Shown here piece after piece: positions 36,285 to 45,639 of a stretch of 64,000 nucleotides of DNA. The notes beneath the pieces were generated by a model, which saw nothing but the letters and a program-made list of their open reading frames with translations, searched no databases and was not told where the DNA came from. Both the position numbers and the translations under genes were made by a program. Where the stretch lies: contig CALIBQ010000035.1 of the NCBI GenBank assembly GCA_938049385.1, positions 21,278 through 85,277 of the forward strand. The letters run 5' to 3'. Within the stretch, counting starts at the first letter, position 1, and each line of letters opens with the position of its first letter. Origin of the DNA: an uncultured Anaerolineae bacterium (GTDB lineage Bacteria > Chloroflexota > Anaerolineae > JACIWP01).

Positions 36285-38918
36285 ATGCGCGCCCGGTTGC
36301 TCTTGTTCGCTTCGCTCGGAATGTGGATCATCTTTGCACTGGTCGTCGCTTTCTCTGGCATTGGCCCCTTCACGTACGCAGTGGTGGCCCCTGCTCCGTA
36401 TGCACAGTCCACCAGCACGCCCACCGCTACCTCCACGCCGGCCGCCATCGTGGACCTCACGTTACTGCCTCCCTCGTACACCGCCTACCTGGGCGAGACC
36501 TTTGCCATGACAGTGCGCGTGGACGCCGGCCCTCAGTATATTGACGGCGTTGACATGCGGCTCAATTACGACACCTCCAAACTTATCGTCGTGAATATCG
36601 TGAGCGGAACGACCCTGCCCGTTGAACTGGCCAAAAGCATTGACAACAGCGGGCCGGTCGGTGTGGCCCGCTATTCCGCCGGCCGCCATCTGGCCGGCCC
36701 CATCCCCAACGGCACCTTCACGCTCTGCACCGTGTACTTCCAGGCGGTCGGGGCCTCTCCCAGCACGTCGGTTACCTTTGACCCGGTCAATACCGAGGTG
36801 GTGTTCGCCGGCGAATCGGTGCTGGACGAACTCTTTGATGCCAGCGTGCAAATCCTGAACGCCACCGCCACCCCCACGCCGGCATGCGACATCATCCACA
36901 TGGAAGCGGAAGACGGCGTAGTCACCCCGCCTATGGTCATTGTCTCGCCCGGCGAGGTCAACGCCTCCCGCTGTGACTATGTTCACACTCCGTTCGGGTA
37001 TGGTGCCAACGGCTACGTCACGTTCAATTTCACCATCTCCACCCCTTCCCAGTACGTCATCTGGGGGCGCGCTTGGGGGCTGACTACCACCGGCGCGGAC
37101 TCTTTCTGGGTATCCGTGGACGGCGGGCCCGAATTTCGCTGGAACACCCTGCTCGGCAACTGGTACTGGCAGAAGATCGCCGATGCCAACACCGGCATAC
37201 CCTATGTGGTCTGGTTCGACGCCGGCTCGCACTCCATCCGCATCCGCACGCGCGAAGAGCAGACCCGCCTGGACGCCATAGAAGTCGCCCAGAACATCCC
37301 TGGCTGCCAGCTCCTGTATGTGGAACCTTGCACAGCCTTGCCTACCTACACGCCCACGGCGACTTCCTCGCCCACCCCCACCCGCACCTTCACGCCCAGC
37401 GCGACGCCGACCATCACGCAGACGCCTACCCGCACCCCGACCTATACGCCGACGGCGACATTCACGCGTACCCCGACGCCCACGCTCACGCACACGCCGA
37501 CCCACACACCGACACACACACCAACTAATACGCCAACACCGACGGACACGGCCACGCCTACCAATACGCCGACCCATACCGCCACGCCAACGGATACCGC
37601 TACACCTACCGCCACGTACACCCCGACCCATACACCGACGCCGACGGACACGGCCACGCCTACTAATACACCTACGCATACCGCAACGCCGACCGATACC
37701 GCCACGCCGACAGCCACGTCTACACCGACCAACACGCCGACACCGACGGACACGGCCACGCCTACCAATACGCCGACCCATACCGCTACGCCGACGGAGA
37801 CTCATACGCCAACTGTTACAAACACTCCCACGGAAACGCCGACGTTCACCCCTACATTCACGCCCACATCCACGGCTACTCCGACATCCACTCCGACGGA
37901 CACAGCGACCGCCACTCATACGCCGACGCGCACGCCCACGCTGACCCGGACGCCGACGCCGACGAACACCGCCACCTTCACTGCGACGCCGACGCGCACG
38001 CCGACCGCCACCACCACGCCCACGTTGACACCCTGGCCGACGGCTACCGCCACGCACACGCCGGCGCCTGGTCCCGTGCATCCCTCCACGGAATGGGTCA
38101 ACTTCTACGGGACCGTGACCCTGTGGAACGGCAGTCCGGCGCCCATCGGCTCCACCGTGGACGCCTATGACCCCAACCATGTGCGGAGCGGCACCTATTA
38201 CATCACGACCGCCGGCCATTACGGCCCTATGCCCGTCTACCGCGATGACATGACCACCCCCGAGGACGACGGCGCCTCGCCTGGCGACATCATTCGCTTC
38301 GCCGTGAACGGCATGCCGGCCTTCGCCATCGGCCCCGACGCGCCCGTGTGGACCTCCAACGGCGACATCTGGGAGGTCAACCTCATCGCCGGCCCGCTGG
38401 TCCAGCGCATCATCTACCTGGCACCCGGCTGGAACCTCATCTCCTTTGATATCATGCCGCTGAACCCGGACGTCCCCAGCGCGCTCGCCTCCATCAGCGG
38501 GAAATACACCCGGGTGCTGTCCTTCGACTGCACGCTCGGCGCGGTATCGTACTACCCCAGCCTGCCGCCGAGCCTCAACACCCTGAAGACCATGGACCCG
38601 TGGCACGGTTACTGGATTTACATGACGCAGGGGGCGCACCTCGTCGTCCAGGGCATTGAAGCGCCGGACCACTATCCACTGCCGCTGTGCACGGGATATA
38701 ACTTGGTAGGCTACCTGCCCAACGCCGCGCAGAGCCTGCCGGCCGTGCTGACCTCCATCGCCGGCCTGTTCGAAAGCGTGATGGGCTTCGACCCCATCCT
38801 CGGCGCCCAAACGTATTATCCCAGCCTGCCGCCCATGCTTAACACCCTGACTCAGCTACAGCCAGGGCGCGGCTACTGGATTAAGATGACCAGCCCAGGT
38901 ACGCTGATTTACCCGTAG
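36285..38918 (+). CDS. Secreted protein: cohesin-like domain, CBM-like jelly-roll domain, ~240-aa Thr/Pro linker, conserved C-terminal region
   Basis: Signal peptide; [10 protein letters not shown]...[10 protein letters not shown]...[12 protein letters not shown] (cohesin-like); IHMEAEDG...YVIWGR...DSFWVSVDG...HSIRIRTRE...LDAIEV (CBM-like); (TP)n; C-terminal GWNLISF / GYNLVGY half-repeats. Confidence 0.85.
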   Translation: MRARLLLFASLGMWIIFALVVAFSGIGPFTYAVVAPAPYAQSTSTPTATSTPAAIVDLTLLPPSYTAYLGETFAMTVRVDAGPQYIDGVDMRLNYDTSKLIVVNIVSGTTLPVELAKSIDNSGPVGVARYSAGRHLAGPIPNGTFTLCTVYFQAVGASPSTSVTFDPVNTEVVFAGESVLDELFDASVQILNATATPTPACDIIHMEAEDGVVTPPMVIVSPGEVNASRCDYVHTPFGYGANGYVTFNFTISTPSQYVIWGRAWGLTTTGADSFWVSVDGGPEFRWNTLLGNWYWQKIADANTGIPYVVWFDAGSHSIRIRTREEQTRLDAIEVAQNIPGCQLLYVEPCTALPTYTPTATSSPTPTRTFTPSATPTITQTPTRTPTYTPTATFTRTPTPTLTHTPTHTPTHTPTNTPTPTDTATPTNTPTHTATPTDTATPTATYTPTHTPTPTDTATPTNTPTHTATPTDTATPTATSTPTNTPTPTDTATPTNTPTHTATPTETHTPTVTNTPTETPTFTPTFTPTSTATPTSTPTDTATATHTPTRTPTLTRTPTPTNTATFTATPTRTPTATTTPTLTPWPTATATHTPAPGPVHPSTEWVNFYGTVTLWNGSPAPIGSTVDAYDPNHVRSGTYYITTAGHYGPMPVYRDDMTTPEDDGASPGDIIRFAVNGMPAFAIGPDAPVWTSNGDIWEVNLIAGPLVQRIIYLAPGWNLISFDIMPLNPDVPSALASISGKYTRVLSFDCTLGAVSYYPSLPPSLNTLKTMDPWHGYWIYMTQGAHLVVQGIEAPDHYPLPLCTGYNLVGYLPNAAQSLPAVLTSIAGLFESVMGFDPILGAQTYYPSLPPMLNTLTQLQPGRGYWIKMTSPGTLIYP
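37533..37800 (+). repeat. 102-bp coding tandem repeat (~2.6 copies) inside the Thr/Pro linker
   Basis: CCGACGGACACGGCCACGCCTA recurs at 37539, 37641 and 37743 (period 102 nt = 34 aa). Confidence 0.8.
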
Positions 38919-38967
38919 CCGGCTGGCCACCTGAGACGCGTGTCATCGTAAGGAGATTTGGGAAGCG

Positions 38968-41070
38968 ATGAACCCTCAACCACGCGGACTGTTCCCAGCC
39001 ATTGCGGGGTGGCTCCTCATCGCCGGCGCCATCGCCGCCTTCGCCATCCTGAACATCTCTGCCAGCTCCGCGGCGGTATCCCTTCCTCCATCATTGGTGG
39101 ACGGAGACACGCCCACACCGACGCCCACGCCTGCCGCTGTCGTGGATATGGCCGTGGTCCCTGAAATCTACACCTCGTACATCGGGGAGATATTCTACCT
39201 CGATATCATGGTCTCCGCCGGCCCTCAGCCAGTGGATGCCATTGACGCCCGCCTGTACTTCTCCCCCACCGAAATGCTGGTCATCGGCGTGGACAACGGC
39301 CCAACCCTGGGCAACGTCCTGAACAAAACGGTCAACAACATGACCGGCTATCTGCGTTACTCCGCCGGCCGGCTGTTCGGCGACCCGCCGCCCACCGGCG
39401 ACTTTCTGCTCTGCCGCATCTGGTTCCAGGCCATGGCCGCCACGCCCAGCGCCGACCTGATCTTCGACCCGCTGGACACAGATGTAGTGTTCGCCGGTGA
39501 ATCGGTCCTGCGCGGCCTGTACAACGGCGTGGTCATCATCACCAGCGCCACCGCCACTGCCACCATCACGCCTACCGGCACACCGACCCACACGCCCACC
39601 ATCACACCCACGCCGACCGGCACCGCGACCTTCACGCCCAGCCCTACCCCGTCGGCCACCGCGACACCTACCCATACCAGCACCCCCACACCGACGCATA
39701 CCCACACCGCGACACCGACGGAAACCCATACGCCAACCATCACACCGACACCAACGGAAACCTATACGCCGACTACCACGCCTACGCCAACGCACACCGG
39801 GACACCGACCGAGACACCCACCGTCACACATACGCCTACGGTGACCGCTACGTGGACACCTTCCGCCACACCTACTTCGACCGGTACCTCGACCCATACG
39901 CCGACCAGCACCGCCACCGCCACGGCGACGGCCACGGCTACAGCCACACCAACCGCCACTGCGACCAACACGCCGACATCCACGCCGTCTTCGACAGCGA
40001 CGACTACCTATACTCCGACAGCGACGGGAACGCCCACTTACACGGCCACACCGACCGTGACGGCCACCCCCACGGTTACCATGACGCCCACCCACACCGT
40101 GCGGCCGACGCTGACCCCCACATTCACCCGGACGCCCACGCCCACCTGGATATTCTCACCGACCCCGACGCGCACGCCGTATCCGACGGCCACACCGACC
40201 GCCACATCCACGCCTGGCCCCCTGCACCCGACCACCAACTGGGTGAACTTCTACGGCGTGGTGAACCTGGCGGATGGATCGCCGGCCCCTTACGGGACAC
40301 GCATAGATGCCTATGACCCCACTGGTTTCCGCTGTGGCACCTGGATGGTCACCACACCCGGCCAGTACGGTCCCATGCCGGTGTACTTGGATGACCCCAC
40401 CACGCCGGCCCGCGATGGCGCCCTGCCCGGCGAGCGCATCCGCTTCGTCATCAACGGCCAGCCGGCCGTGCCGCTTGGCCCGGACGCACCGATCTGGACC
40501 ATCACCGGCGATATCTGGCAGGTCAACCTCATCGCCAGCCGCTATACCCAGACTACCCTGTACCTGCGCGTCGGCTGGAACCTCATCTCCTTCCCGCTGG
40601 AGCCGCACAACCCTGCCGTGCTCAACGTATTGGGCGGTCTCATCGGCCGATTTACCCGGGTCCTCTCGCTGGACTGCACGCGCGGCGCTCTCTCCTTCTA
40701 TCCAGGACTGCCCTCGTACATGAACAGCCTGAAAGAGATGGACGGCCGGCACGGTTACTGGATCGAGATGACCCAGGACATACACCTGGTGGTGCCAGGA
40801 GTGCAACTGCCGGCTTCCACGCCGATCCAGCTCTGTGCCGGCTACAACCTGGTCAGCTACCTGCCAGACCGTCCGATGCCGGTGGAGCAGGCCCTGGGGT
40901 CCATCGCCGGCCGCTACACCGCCGTGCTGGGATTCGACCCGGAGCGCGGCGCCCTCTCGTACTACCCCGACCTGCCGCCGGGCATGAACAGCCTGACCCA
41001 GCTTGAGCCTGGCCGGGGCTATTGGATCCGCATGACGACGCCGGCCACATTGATATATCCCACGCCGTGA
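38968..41070 (+). CDS. Secreted paralog: cohesin-like domain, Thr/Pro linker, same C-terminal region
   Basis: Signal peptide; YSAGR..G..P.G.F.LC...FQA shared with the upstream gene; WVNFYG...YGPMPVY.DD..TP..DGA.PG and GWNLISF domains closely match it. Confidence 0.85.
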   Translation: MNPQPRGLFPAIAGWLLIAGAIAAFAILNISASSAAVSLPPSLVDGDTPTPTPTPAAVVDMAVVPEIYTSYIGEIFYLDIMVSAGPQPVDAIDARLYFSPTEMLVIGVDNGPTLGNVLNKTVNNMTGYLRYSAGRLFGDPPPTGDFLLCRIWFQAMAATPSADLIFDPLDTDVVFAGESVLRGLYNGVVIITSATATATITPTGTPTHTPTITPTPTGTATFTPSPTPSATATPTHTSTPTPTHTHTATPTETHTPTITPTPTETYTPTTTPTPTHTGTPTETPTVTHTPTVTATWTPSATPTSTGTSTHTPTSTATATATATATATPTATATNTPTSTPSSTATTTYTPTATGTPTYTATPTVTATPTVTMTPTHTVRPTLTPTFTRTPTPTWIFSPTPTRTPYPTATPTATSTPGPLHPTTNWVNFYGVVNLADGSPAPYGTRIDAYDPTGFRCGTWMVTTPGQYGPMPVYLDDPTTPARDGALPGERIRFVINGQPAVPLGPDAPIWTITGDIWQVNLIASRYTQTTLYLRVGWNLISFPLEPHNPAVLNVLGGLIGRFTRVLSLDCTRGALSFYPGLPSYMNSLKEMDGRHGYWIEMTQDIHLVVPGVQLPASTPIQLCAGYNLVSYLPDRPMPVEQALGSIAGRYTAVLGFDPERGALSYYPDLPPGMNSLTQLEPGRGYWIRMTTPATLIYPTP

Positions 41071-41087
41071 ACCTCATCCTACACAAA

Positions 41088-41122
41088 CACAAAGCCGGCG
41101 GCCTTAGTCTGCCGGCTTTGTG
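41088..41122. terminator. Terminator-like hairpin after the surface-protein pair
   Basis: CACAAAGCCGGC / GCCGGCTTTGTG, 12-bp perfect stem. Confidence 0.7.
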
Positions 41123-41130
41123 CTTCCCAC

Positions 41131-41189
41131 AATTGTAAGCAAATTGTAAGGAAACCCTATTGACATCCCTCCGCCTTTCTGCATACACT
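41131..41189 (+). promoter_or_regulatory. Direct repeat (11-bp period) plus sigma70 promoter for the Flp-like gene
   Basis: AATTGTAAG at 41131 and 41142; TTGACA (41160)-N18-TACACT (41184). Confidence 0.55.
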
Positions 41190-41287
41190 GTTTCGTAGAA
41201 GCACCATTTTGTACATATTGCATCTTCCTATGCATTATGATGGCCTTTCCTTTTTGCGGTGGGGAATCTCGACACGGAGGGATCAGG

Positions 41288-42013
41288 ATGGGACGGCAAA
41301 GAGGCCAGGGCTTGGTGGAGTACGCTTTGCTGATCGCGCTGATTGCGGTGGCCGCCGCCGCATCACTGCGTGCCGTTGGGCCGGCCGCCCGCGAAGCTTT
41401 CCAGCGCGCGGTCCTCACCATCGGTGATGGCGACATCACCTTCGAGACACCGGCGCCGACCTTGACAGCCGAAGCCACATTGACCCCGGGTGCGACCGCG
41501 ACGCCGCCGGCAAGCGTCACCCCCGGCACCACCCCAACACCACAGCCTACTGCAACCCCTGTCTACACGGTAACCCCGGTGCCCACATCAGGGGAGATCA
41601 AAGACGGCTGTAGCGCAGTCCTGAACCTAACGCGTCCCGGGTTGTTCAAAGCGGTCTGCCGATTAAGTTACTCCTTTGACCAATTATCCACCGGCGCCAT
41701 CAGCATCTCGCCGGCCCTGCCCGACGGCATGTCCCTCATCGCTAACCTGCCTGCCGGCTCCTACACCTTCCACGGCGCACTGAAAAACGGCCAGCCGCCC
41801 TTCAGCGGGCCGCTGTCACTGTCGCGGGAGGACCTGGATGCGCTGGCCGGCGGGTCCATCTTCCTCACCGTCAGCTATATGCCTGTAGATGGGGGCTTCA
41901 ACCATCAAACCTGGCGGGGCACTGTGAACATCCAAGTGAGCGGCATCGTCGGTGTCCCTGTGCCCCCTGTGCCCGGCCCGATCGTCCCCAAGCCCCCAGT
42001 GGTCCTGGACTAA
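41288..42013 (+). CDS. Flp/type IVb prepilin N-terminus fused to a Thr/Pro linker and an unknown C-terminal domain
   Basis: MGRQRGQG|LVEYALLIALIAVAAAASL is an Flp class III signal with the E+5/Y motif; TP-rich linker; ~140-aa domain with two Cys; Pro-rich tail. ATG 41288 with GGAGG SD. Confidence 0.8.
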   Translation: MGRQRGQGLVEYALLIALIAVAAAASLRAVGPAAREAFQRAVLTIGDGDITFETPAPTLTAEATLTPGATATPPASVTPGTTPTPQPTATPVYTVTPVPTSGEIKDGCSAVLNLTRPGLFKAVCRLSYSFDQLSTGAISISPALPDGMSLIANLPAGSYTFHGALKNGQPPFSGPLSLSREDLDALAGGSIFLTVSYMPVDGGFNHQTWRGTVNIQVSGIVGVPVPPVPGPIVPKPPVVLD

Positions 42014-42052
42014 CCGACAAAAGATCGGGCTGGACGACGTAACCAAGGCTCC

Positions 42053-42080
42053 TTGCAACTCTGCGCCGGCATGCTATAAT
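42053..42080 (+). promoter_or_regulatory. sigma70 promoter for uvsE operon
   Basis: TTGCAA-N16-TATAAT with TGn extended -10. Confidence 0.65.
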
Positions 42081-42127
42081 GGCCGCAGTTCGCTCGCCGG
42101 CCGGCACAGCCATCCCAGGAGCACCCC

Positions 42128-43081
42128 ACGCGCATCGGTTTCCCAGGCCGCATCCTCGGCCGTCCGCGGCTCAAGACGCACGACGGCCGGCGGCCCCCAC
42201 ACCAGCCGCATCTCAGCGTCAGCCTCCTGTACCTGCGCGATATCCTGGAGTACCTCCATCAGCAGAACATCCGCTTGTACCGCCTCTCCCCGTACCTCCT
42301 GCCCGTCAGCGCCGCGCCTGCGGAACAGATGGAGGAATGTGAGGCAATCCTCGCCTTCGTGGGGGAGCTGGCGTGCCGCCACCGCATCCGCCTGACCATG
42401 CACGCCTTGGCGTACACCACCCTCAGCACGCCGGATGAGCAACTGGCGGAGCGCGGCCGGCGCGAGCTGACGCTCTGGTCCCAGCTCATGGATGCTATGG
42501 GCCTGCCGGCAGACTCTATTATCGTCCTGCACGTGGGCGGTATATATGAGGACAAGGGCGCCAGCATGGAGCGCTTTATGCGCCGGCTGGATTCTCTTCC
42601 GGGAAACGTCCACCGCCGGCTGACCCTGGAGAATGACGACGCTTCCTACAGCCTCGCCGACGTGCACCAGCTTGCCCAACACGCCGGCCTGCCGGTGGTC
42701 CTGGACTACCTGCACTTCCTCAATCACAATCCCGAAGGCATGGCATTGGGCGAAGCAGTACGCAGGGCGCTGGGAAGCTGGCCGGCAAACATGCGCCCCA
42801 AAATGCACTTCTCCAGCCCCCGAACGGAGATGAAGCAGTCCACCGCATCCGGCCCCGGCAGTGTCCTGCCCCCGCAGTGGACCGAACACGCCGATTTCGT
42901 CAACCCGTTCGAGTTCATCCGCTTCCTGCAGGAGACGCCGGACGCCGGCAGAGCGGACTTCATGCTCGAGGCCCGCGCCCGCGACCTGGCCGTCCTGCGC
43001 CTGACCGCAGACCTGCGCCGCTTCGCGCCGGCCCTGGCGCTCTTGCTCGACGAACCGAGGGACGTATCGTGTGGGGAATGA
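42128..43081 (+). CDS. uvsE: UV damage endonuclease UvsE/UvdE (apparent ACG start)
   Basis: RIGF..RILG...LKTHD...HLSVSLLYL..IL.YL....IRLYRLS, RLTMH, IVLHVGG, RLTLENDD, VLDYLHF, PKMHFSSPR, HADFVNP, FMLEARARDLA. The frame opens after TAA 42077; the only SD-coupled candidate start is ACG 42128. Confidence 0.85.
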   Translation, partial: TRIGFPGRILGRPRLKTHDGRRPPHQPHLSVSLLYLRDILEYLHQQNIRLYRLSPYLLPVSAAPAEQMEECEAILAFVGELACRHRIRLTMHALAYTTLSTPDEQLAERGRRELTLWSQLMDAMGLPADSIIVLHVGGIYEDKGASMERFMRRLDSLPGNVHRRLTLENDDASYSLADVHQLAQHAGLPVVLDYLHFLNHNPEGMALGEAVRRALGSWPANMRPKMHFSSPRTEMKQSTASGPGSVLPPQWTEHADFVNPFEFIRFLQETPDAGRADFMLEARARDLAVLRLTADLRRFAPALALLLDEPRDVSCGE

Positions 43082-43848
43082 CGATGGGCCTGGAACCCGC
43101 CGATGAGACGCCGGCGCTGGTGGTCGTGGTCAACAGTGCCCTGGACTGGCATCGCGTGCGGGAGGAACGCTGGTACCGCATCCCACTCCGGCGCGCGCCG
43201 CGTCAGGCCGGCGCCGCCTTCCTCGCCTTCTATCACACCGGCATCTTTGCGGAAGAGCGGTGGAGCATCCGCTGGTACGCGCCGGTGCGCTCCGTACAGG
43301 TATTACCCCGATATGTTTTGCTACCTGACGAGCCGGCTCACCCGCGGGCGCCGGAATGGTACTTCCGCTACAGCCTGGGGCCGCTGGAGGAACTGCCGGC
43401 TCCCATCCCCAGCCGGCGGCTCCGCCGCATCTCTTTTATCCCCACCACCCTGGAACGCCTGCTCTCCGCCCAGGATGTCTCGCAACTGTGGATCAAACAG
43501 TCCCTGCGCGAGCGTCTCTGGGTCGAGATGAACCGGCAGGGCATTCATGCCGAGATGGATGCCGGCATCGAAGGCCTGCCGCACGAAACCTTTGATTTCG
43601 TCATCCCTTGTGCGCAGGGCGGTGTGGTGATTGACTGCCTCGAACGGGAAGAGGGGATTCAACGCGGATGTCGCGAGGCACTGCCGGCTTATGCGCCGGC
43701 GGATACCACAGCCGAGCTTGCTCGCCTGGGCTGGAGCCGGCTGTGTTTCACGCGCGCCGCAGTCCATGACATCGTGCACCGCATCTGGGAGGTGATTGAC
43801 GCCCATGGGGGCATGCGGATGAGGCCGGCAGTCACAGCCGGGCGATAA
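43078..43848 (+). CDS. WYRIP-type N-terminal domain (PUA/EVE-like, inferred) fused to a degenerate DUF559/Vsr-like nuclease domain
   Basis: ALVVVVN...DW..VREERWYRIP...FLAFYHT..F..E...IRWYAPV...EWYFRYSLG.L..LP.PIP...RRISFIPTT; C-terminal ERLW.EM...GI...FDFVIPC....VIDC...GWSRLCF. ATGA overlap with uvsE. Confidence 0.7.
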   Translation: MTMGLEPADETPALVVVVNSALDWHRVREERWYRIPLRRAPRQAGAAFLAFYHTGIFAEERWSIRWYAPVRSVQVLPRYVLLPDEPAHPRAPEWYFRYSLGPLEELPAPIPSRRLRRISFIPTTLERLLSAQDVSQLWIKQSLRERLWVEMNRQGIHAEMDAGIEGLPHETFDFVIPCAQGGVVIDCLEREEGIQRGCREALPAYAPADTTAELARLGWSRLCFTRAAVHDIVHRIWEVIDAHGGMRMRPAVTAGR

Positions 43849-44659
43849 TCTCACCCCGCCCGAACGTGCGCACGGCGATGGTCAAGAGCACGACATCCAG
43901 CACCCATATCACCAGGCCAATCAGCGCCACCGTAGGTGTGCTGAAATACAGGACCCCGCCCATCTGGCCGAACAACAGCAGGATGATGGGAATCACCACC
44001 AGCCCGCTTATCTGATAGGCGTCCTGAAAGCTCTTCGCTTTGGCGGAAACCAGGACGATGAACCCGATGCCCAGGGCGGCGGCCGCCGGCACCACCCACA
44101 GTATCAGCACCAGCCAGGCCAGGTTCGGGAAGAATATCCGCCCCAGCACCATGACGCCGCCGATGTTCACCACCACGCTGTACAGCACAAAGCACACCCA
44201 CGAAACGGTTATCGCCGGCAGGAACGCCGCCAGCACCTTGCCGATGAACAGCTCCGCCGTGGTGATAGGGGTGTAAAGCAGGGCCTCCAGCGTCTTGCGC
44301 TCCTTCTCGCCGGCGAAGCTGTCCGCCCCGATGACGCTGGAGACCATGAGCGGAATAATGAGGAAGAACGGGGCGAACATAAACATGGAGGAAAGCATCA
44401 GCCATGCCTGTTGGTCGTTCAGGCCGGCGAACAGGACGCTCAATTCCGCCGGCATATTGGCGAAAAACGCCCCCATCTCCTGCCGCAGTTCCTCCCCGGC
44501 ATCCATCGGCTCCAGATAGAAGGGGAGAAAGATCATCACCGCCGGCATTACAATCATCATGATCAGCGGCACAATGATGATGGGCAGGACCACCCCTTTG
44601 TTGCGCAGGGCAATCCGCAAATCTTTCCGCACAACGGCGCGTACCGCACGAGTGTTCAT
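43832..44659 (-). CDS. ABC-2 type exporter permease
   Basis: AVVRKDLR, ADSFAGEKERKTLEALLYTP, LFIGKVLAA, VSAKAKSFQDAYQ; 6 TM. Confidence 0.9.
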   Translation of the reverse strand: MNTRAVRAVVRKDLRIALRNKGVVLPIIIVPLIMMIVMPAVMIFLPFYLEPMDAGEELRQEMGAFFANMPAELSVLFAGLNDQQAWLMLSSMFMFAPFFLIIPLMVSSVIGADSFAGEKERKTLEALLYTPITTAELFIGKVLAAFLPAITVSWVCFVLYSVVVNIGGVMVLGRIFFPNLAWLVLILWVVPAAAALGIGFIVLVSAKAKSFQDAYQISGLVVIPIILLLFGQMGGVLYFSTPTVALIGLVIWVLDVVLLTIAVRTFGRGEIIARL

Positions 44660-45606
44660 GTGCTCCCTCCCCGGGCGTCGGCCTGAAGCTGGAAATAGAT
44701 GTCCTCCAGGGAGTGCTCGCGCGGTTTGACCGCATAAATCTCCGCGCCGGCCTCCACCAGCGCCCGCACCACCGCCGGCGTGCGCCCTTCCTCGTCCAGC
44801 AGGATGTGCAGTTCAGTATCGTCCACCTCGACCTGCGCCACACCTTCCACCCGCACCAGGGATGCCACTGCCTCTGCCGAAAGCGGCCGGCCCAGACGCA
44901 CGCTGATGCCGTGCCCATGCCAGATGCGCTGGGCCAGCTCCTCCGGGGTGCCCACAGCGATCAGCTCCCCGCGATTGATGACCCCCACCCGGTCGCACAG
45001 GCGTTCCGCCTCCACCAGGTTGTGGGTGCACAGGAAAATGGTGCGCCTCTCCTCCTGGCTGAGGTGCTCGATAAGCTCCGTCACCTGGCGGGCGGCCTCC
45101 GGGTCCAGGCCGGCGGTCGGTTCATCGAGGAACAGGATATCGGGCGCATGGATAAGGGCGCGCGCCAGCGCCAGGCGCTGTTTCATGCCCTTGCTGTAGC
45201 TGGCTACCTTATCATCCGCCCGCGCGCTCAGCTCGAACATCGCCAGCAGTTCCTCCACCCGCCGGCGCAGTACATCGGGGGGCACATCGTACAGCTCGCC
45301 GAAGAGAAAGAGGTTGTCGCGGGCGCTCAACGGCTCGTACAGGGCCGGCGATTCGGTCAGCACGCCAGTGCGTCGACGCACTGCCGGCCCCTGGGAGATA
45401 GGGTCCAGCCCAAGCACGCGGATTTCGCCGGCGGTGGGGTTCAGCACACCGTTGAGCAGACGGACGGTAGTGGTTTTGCCGGCGCCGTTCGGCCCTAGGA
45501 AGCCGAACACCTCCCCGCGAGCAATCTGCAGATTCACATCGTGCACCGCCACCAGCGCGCCGAAATGCCGCGTCAAGCGGCGGGTTTCAATCACCCATTC
45601 GGGCAT
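44656..45606 (-). CDS. ABC exporter ATP-binding protein
   Basis: GPNGAGKTT, YSKGMKQRL, LFLDEPTAGLDP, CTHNL. Confidence 0.95.
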   Translation of the reverse strand: MPEWVIETRRLTRHFGALVAVHDVNLQIARGEVFGFLGPNGAGKTTTVRLLNGVLNPTAGEIRVLGLDPISQGPAVRRRTGVLTESPALYEPLSARDNLFLFGELYDVPPDVLRRRVEELLAMFELSARADDKVASYSKGMKQRLALARALIHAPDILFLDEPTAGLDPEAARQVTELIEHLSQEERRTIFLCTHNLVEAERLCDRVGVINRGELIAVGTPEELAQRIWHGHGISVRLGRPLSAEAVASLVRVEGVAQVEVDDTELHILLDEEGRTPAVVRALVEAGAEIYAVKPREHSLEDIYFQLQADARGGST

Positions 45607-45639
45607 AATACAGGACCTTCTTTCGTGGAAGGGACGACG

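Noticed and set aside
36462-38810. 782-aa antisense ORF, and similar long shadow ORFs (45541..47127, 52596..54221, 55673..57121, 57274..58605, 29005..30492)
   Set aside because: They lie opposite well-supported genes, have no family motifs, and are expected from high GC3 codon bias.
37340-40220. ACGCCGAC-rich repeats that superficially resemble a repeat array or CRISPR
   Set aside because: They are in-frame Thr-Pro codons inside two ORFs; there is no constant repeat with unique spacers and no cas genes.
42079-42342. 87-aa ORF as a possible uvsE N-terminus via frameshift
   Set aside because: Its ATG overlaps the -10 hexamer, and UvsE similarity starts right after the SD-linked ACG in the other frame.
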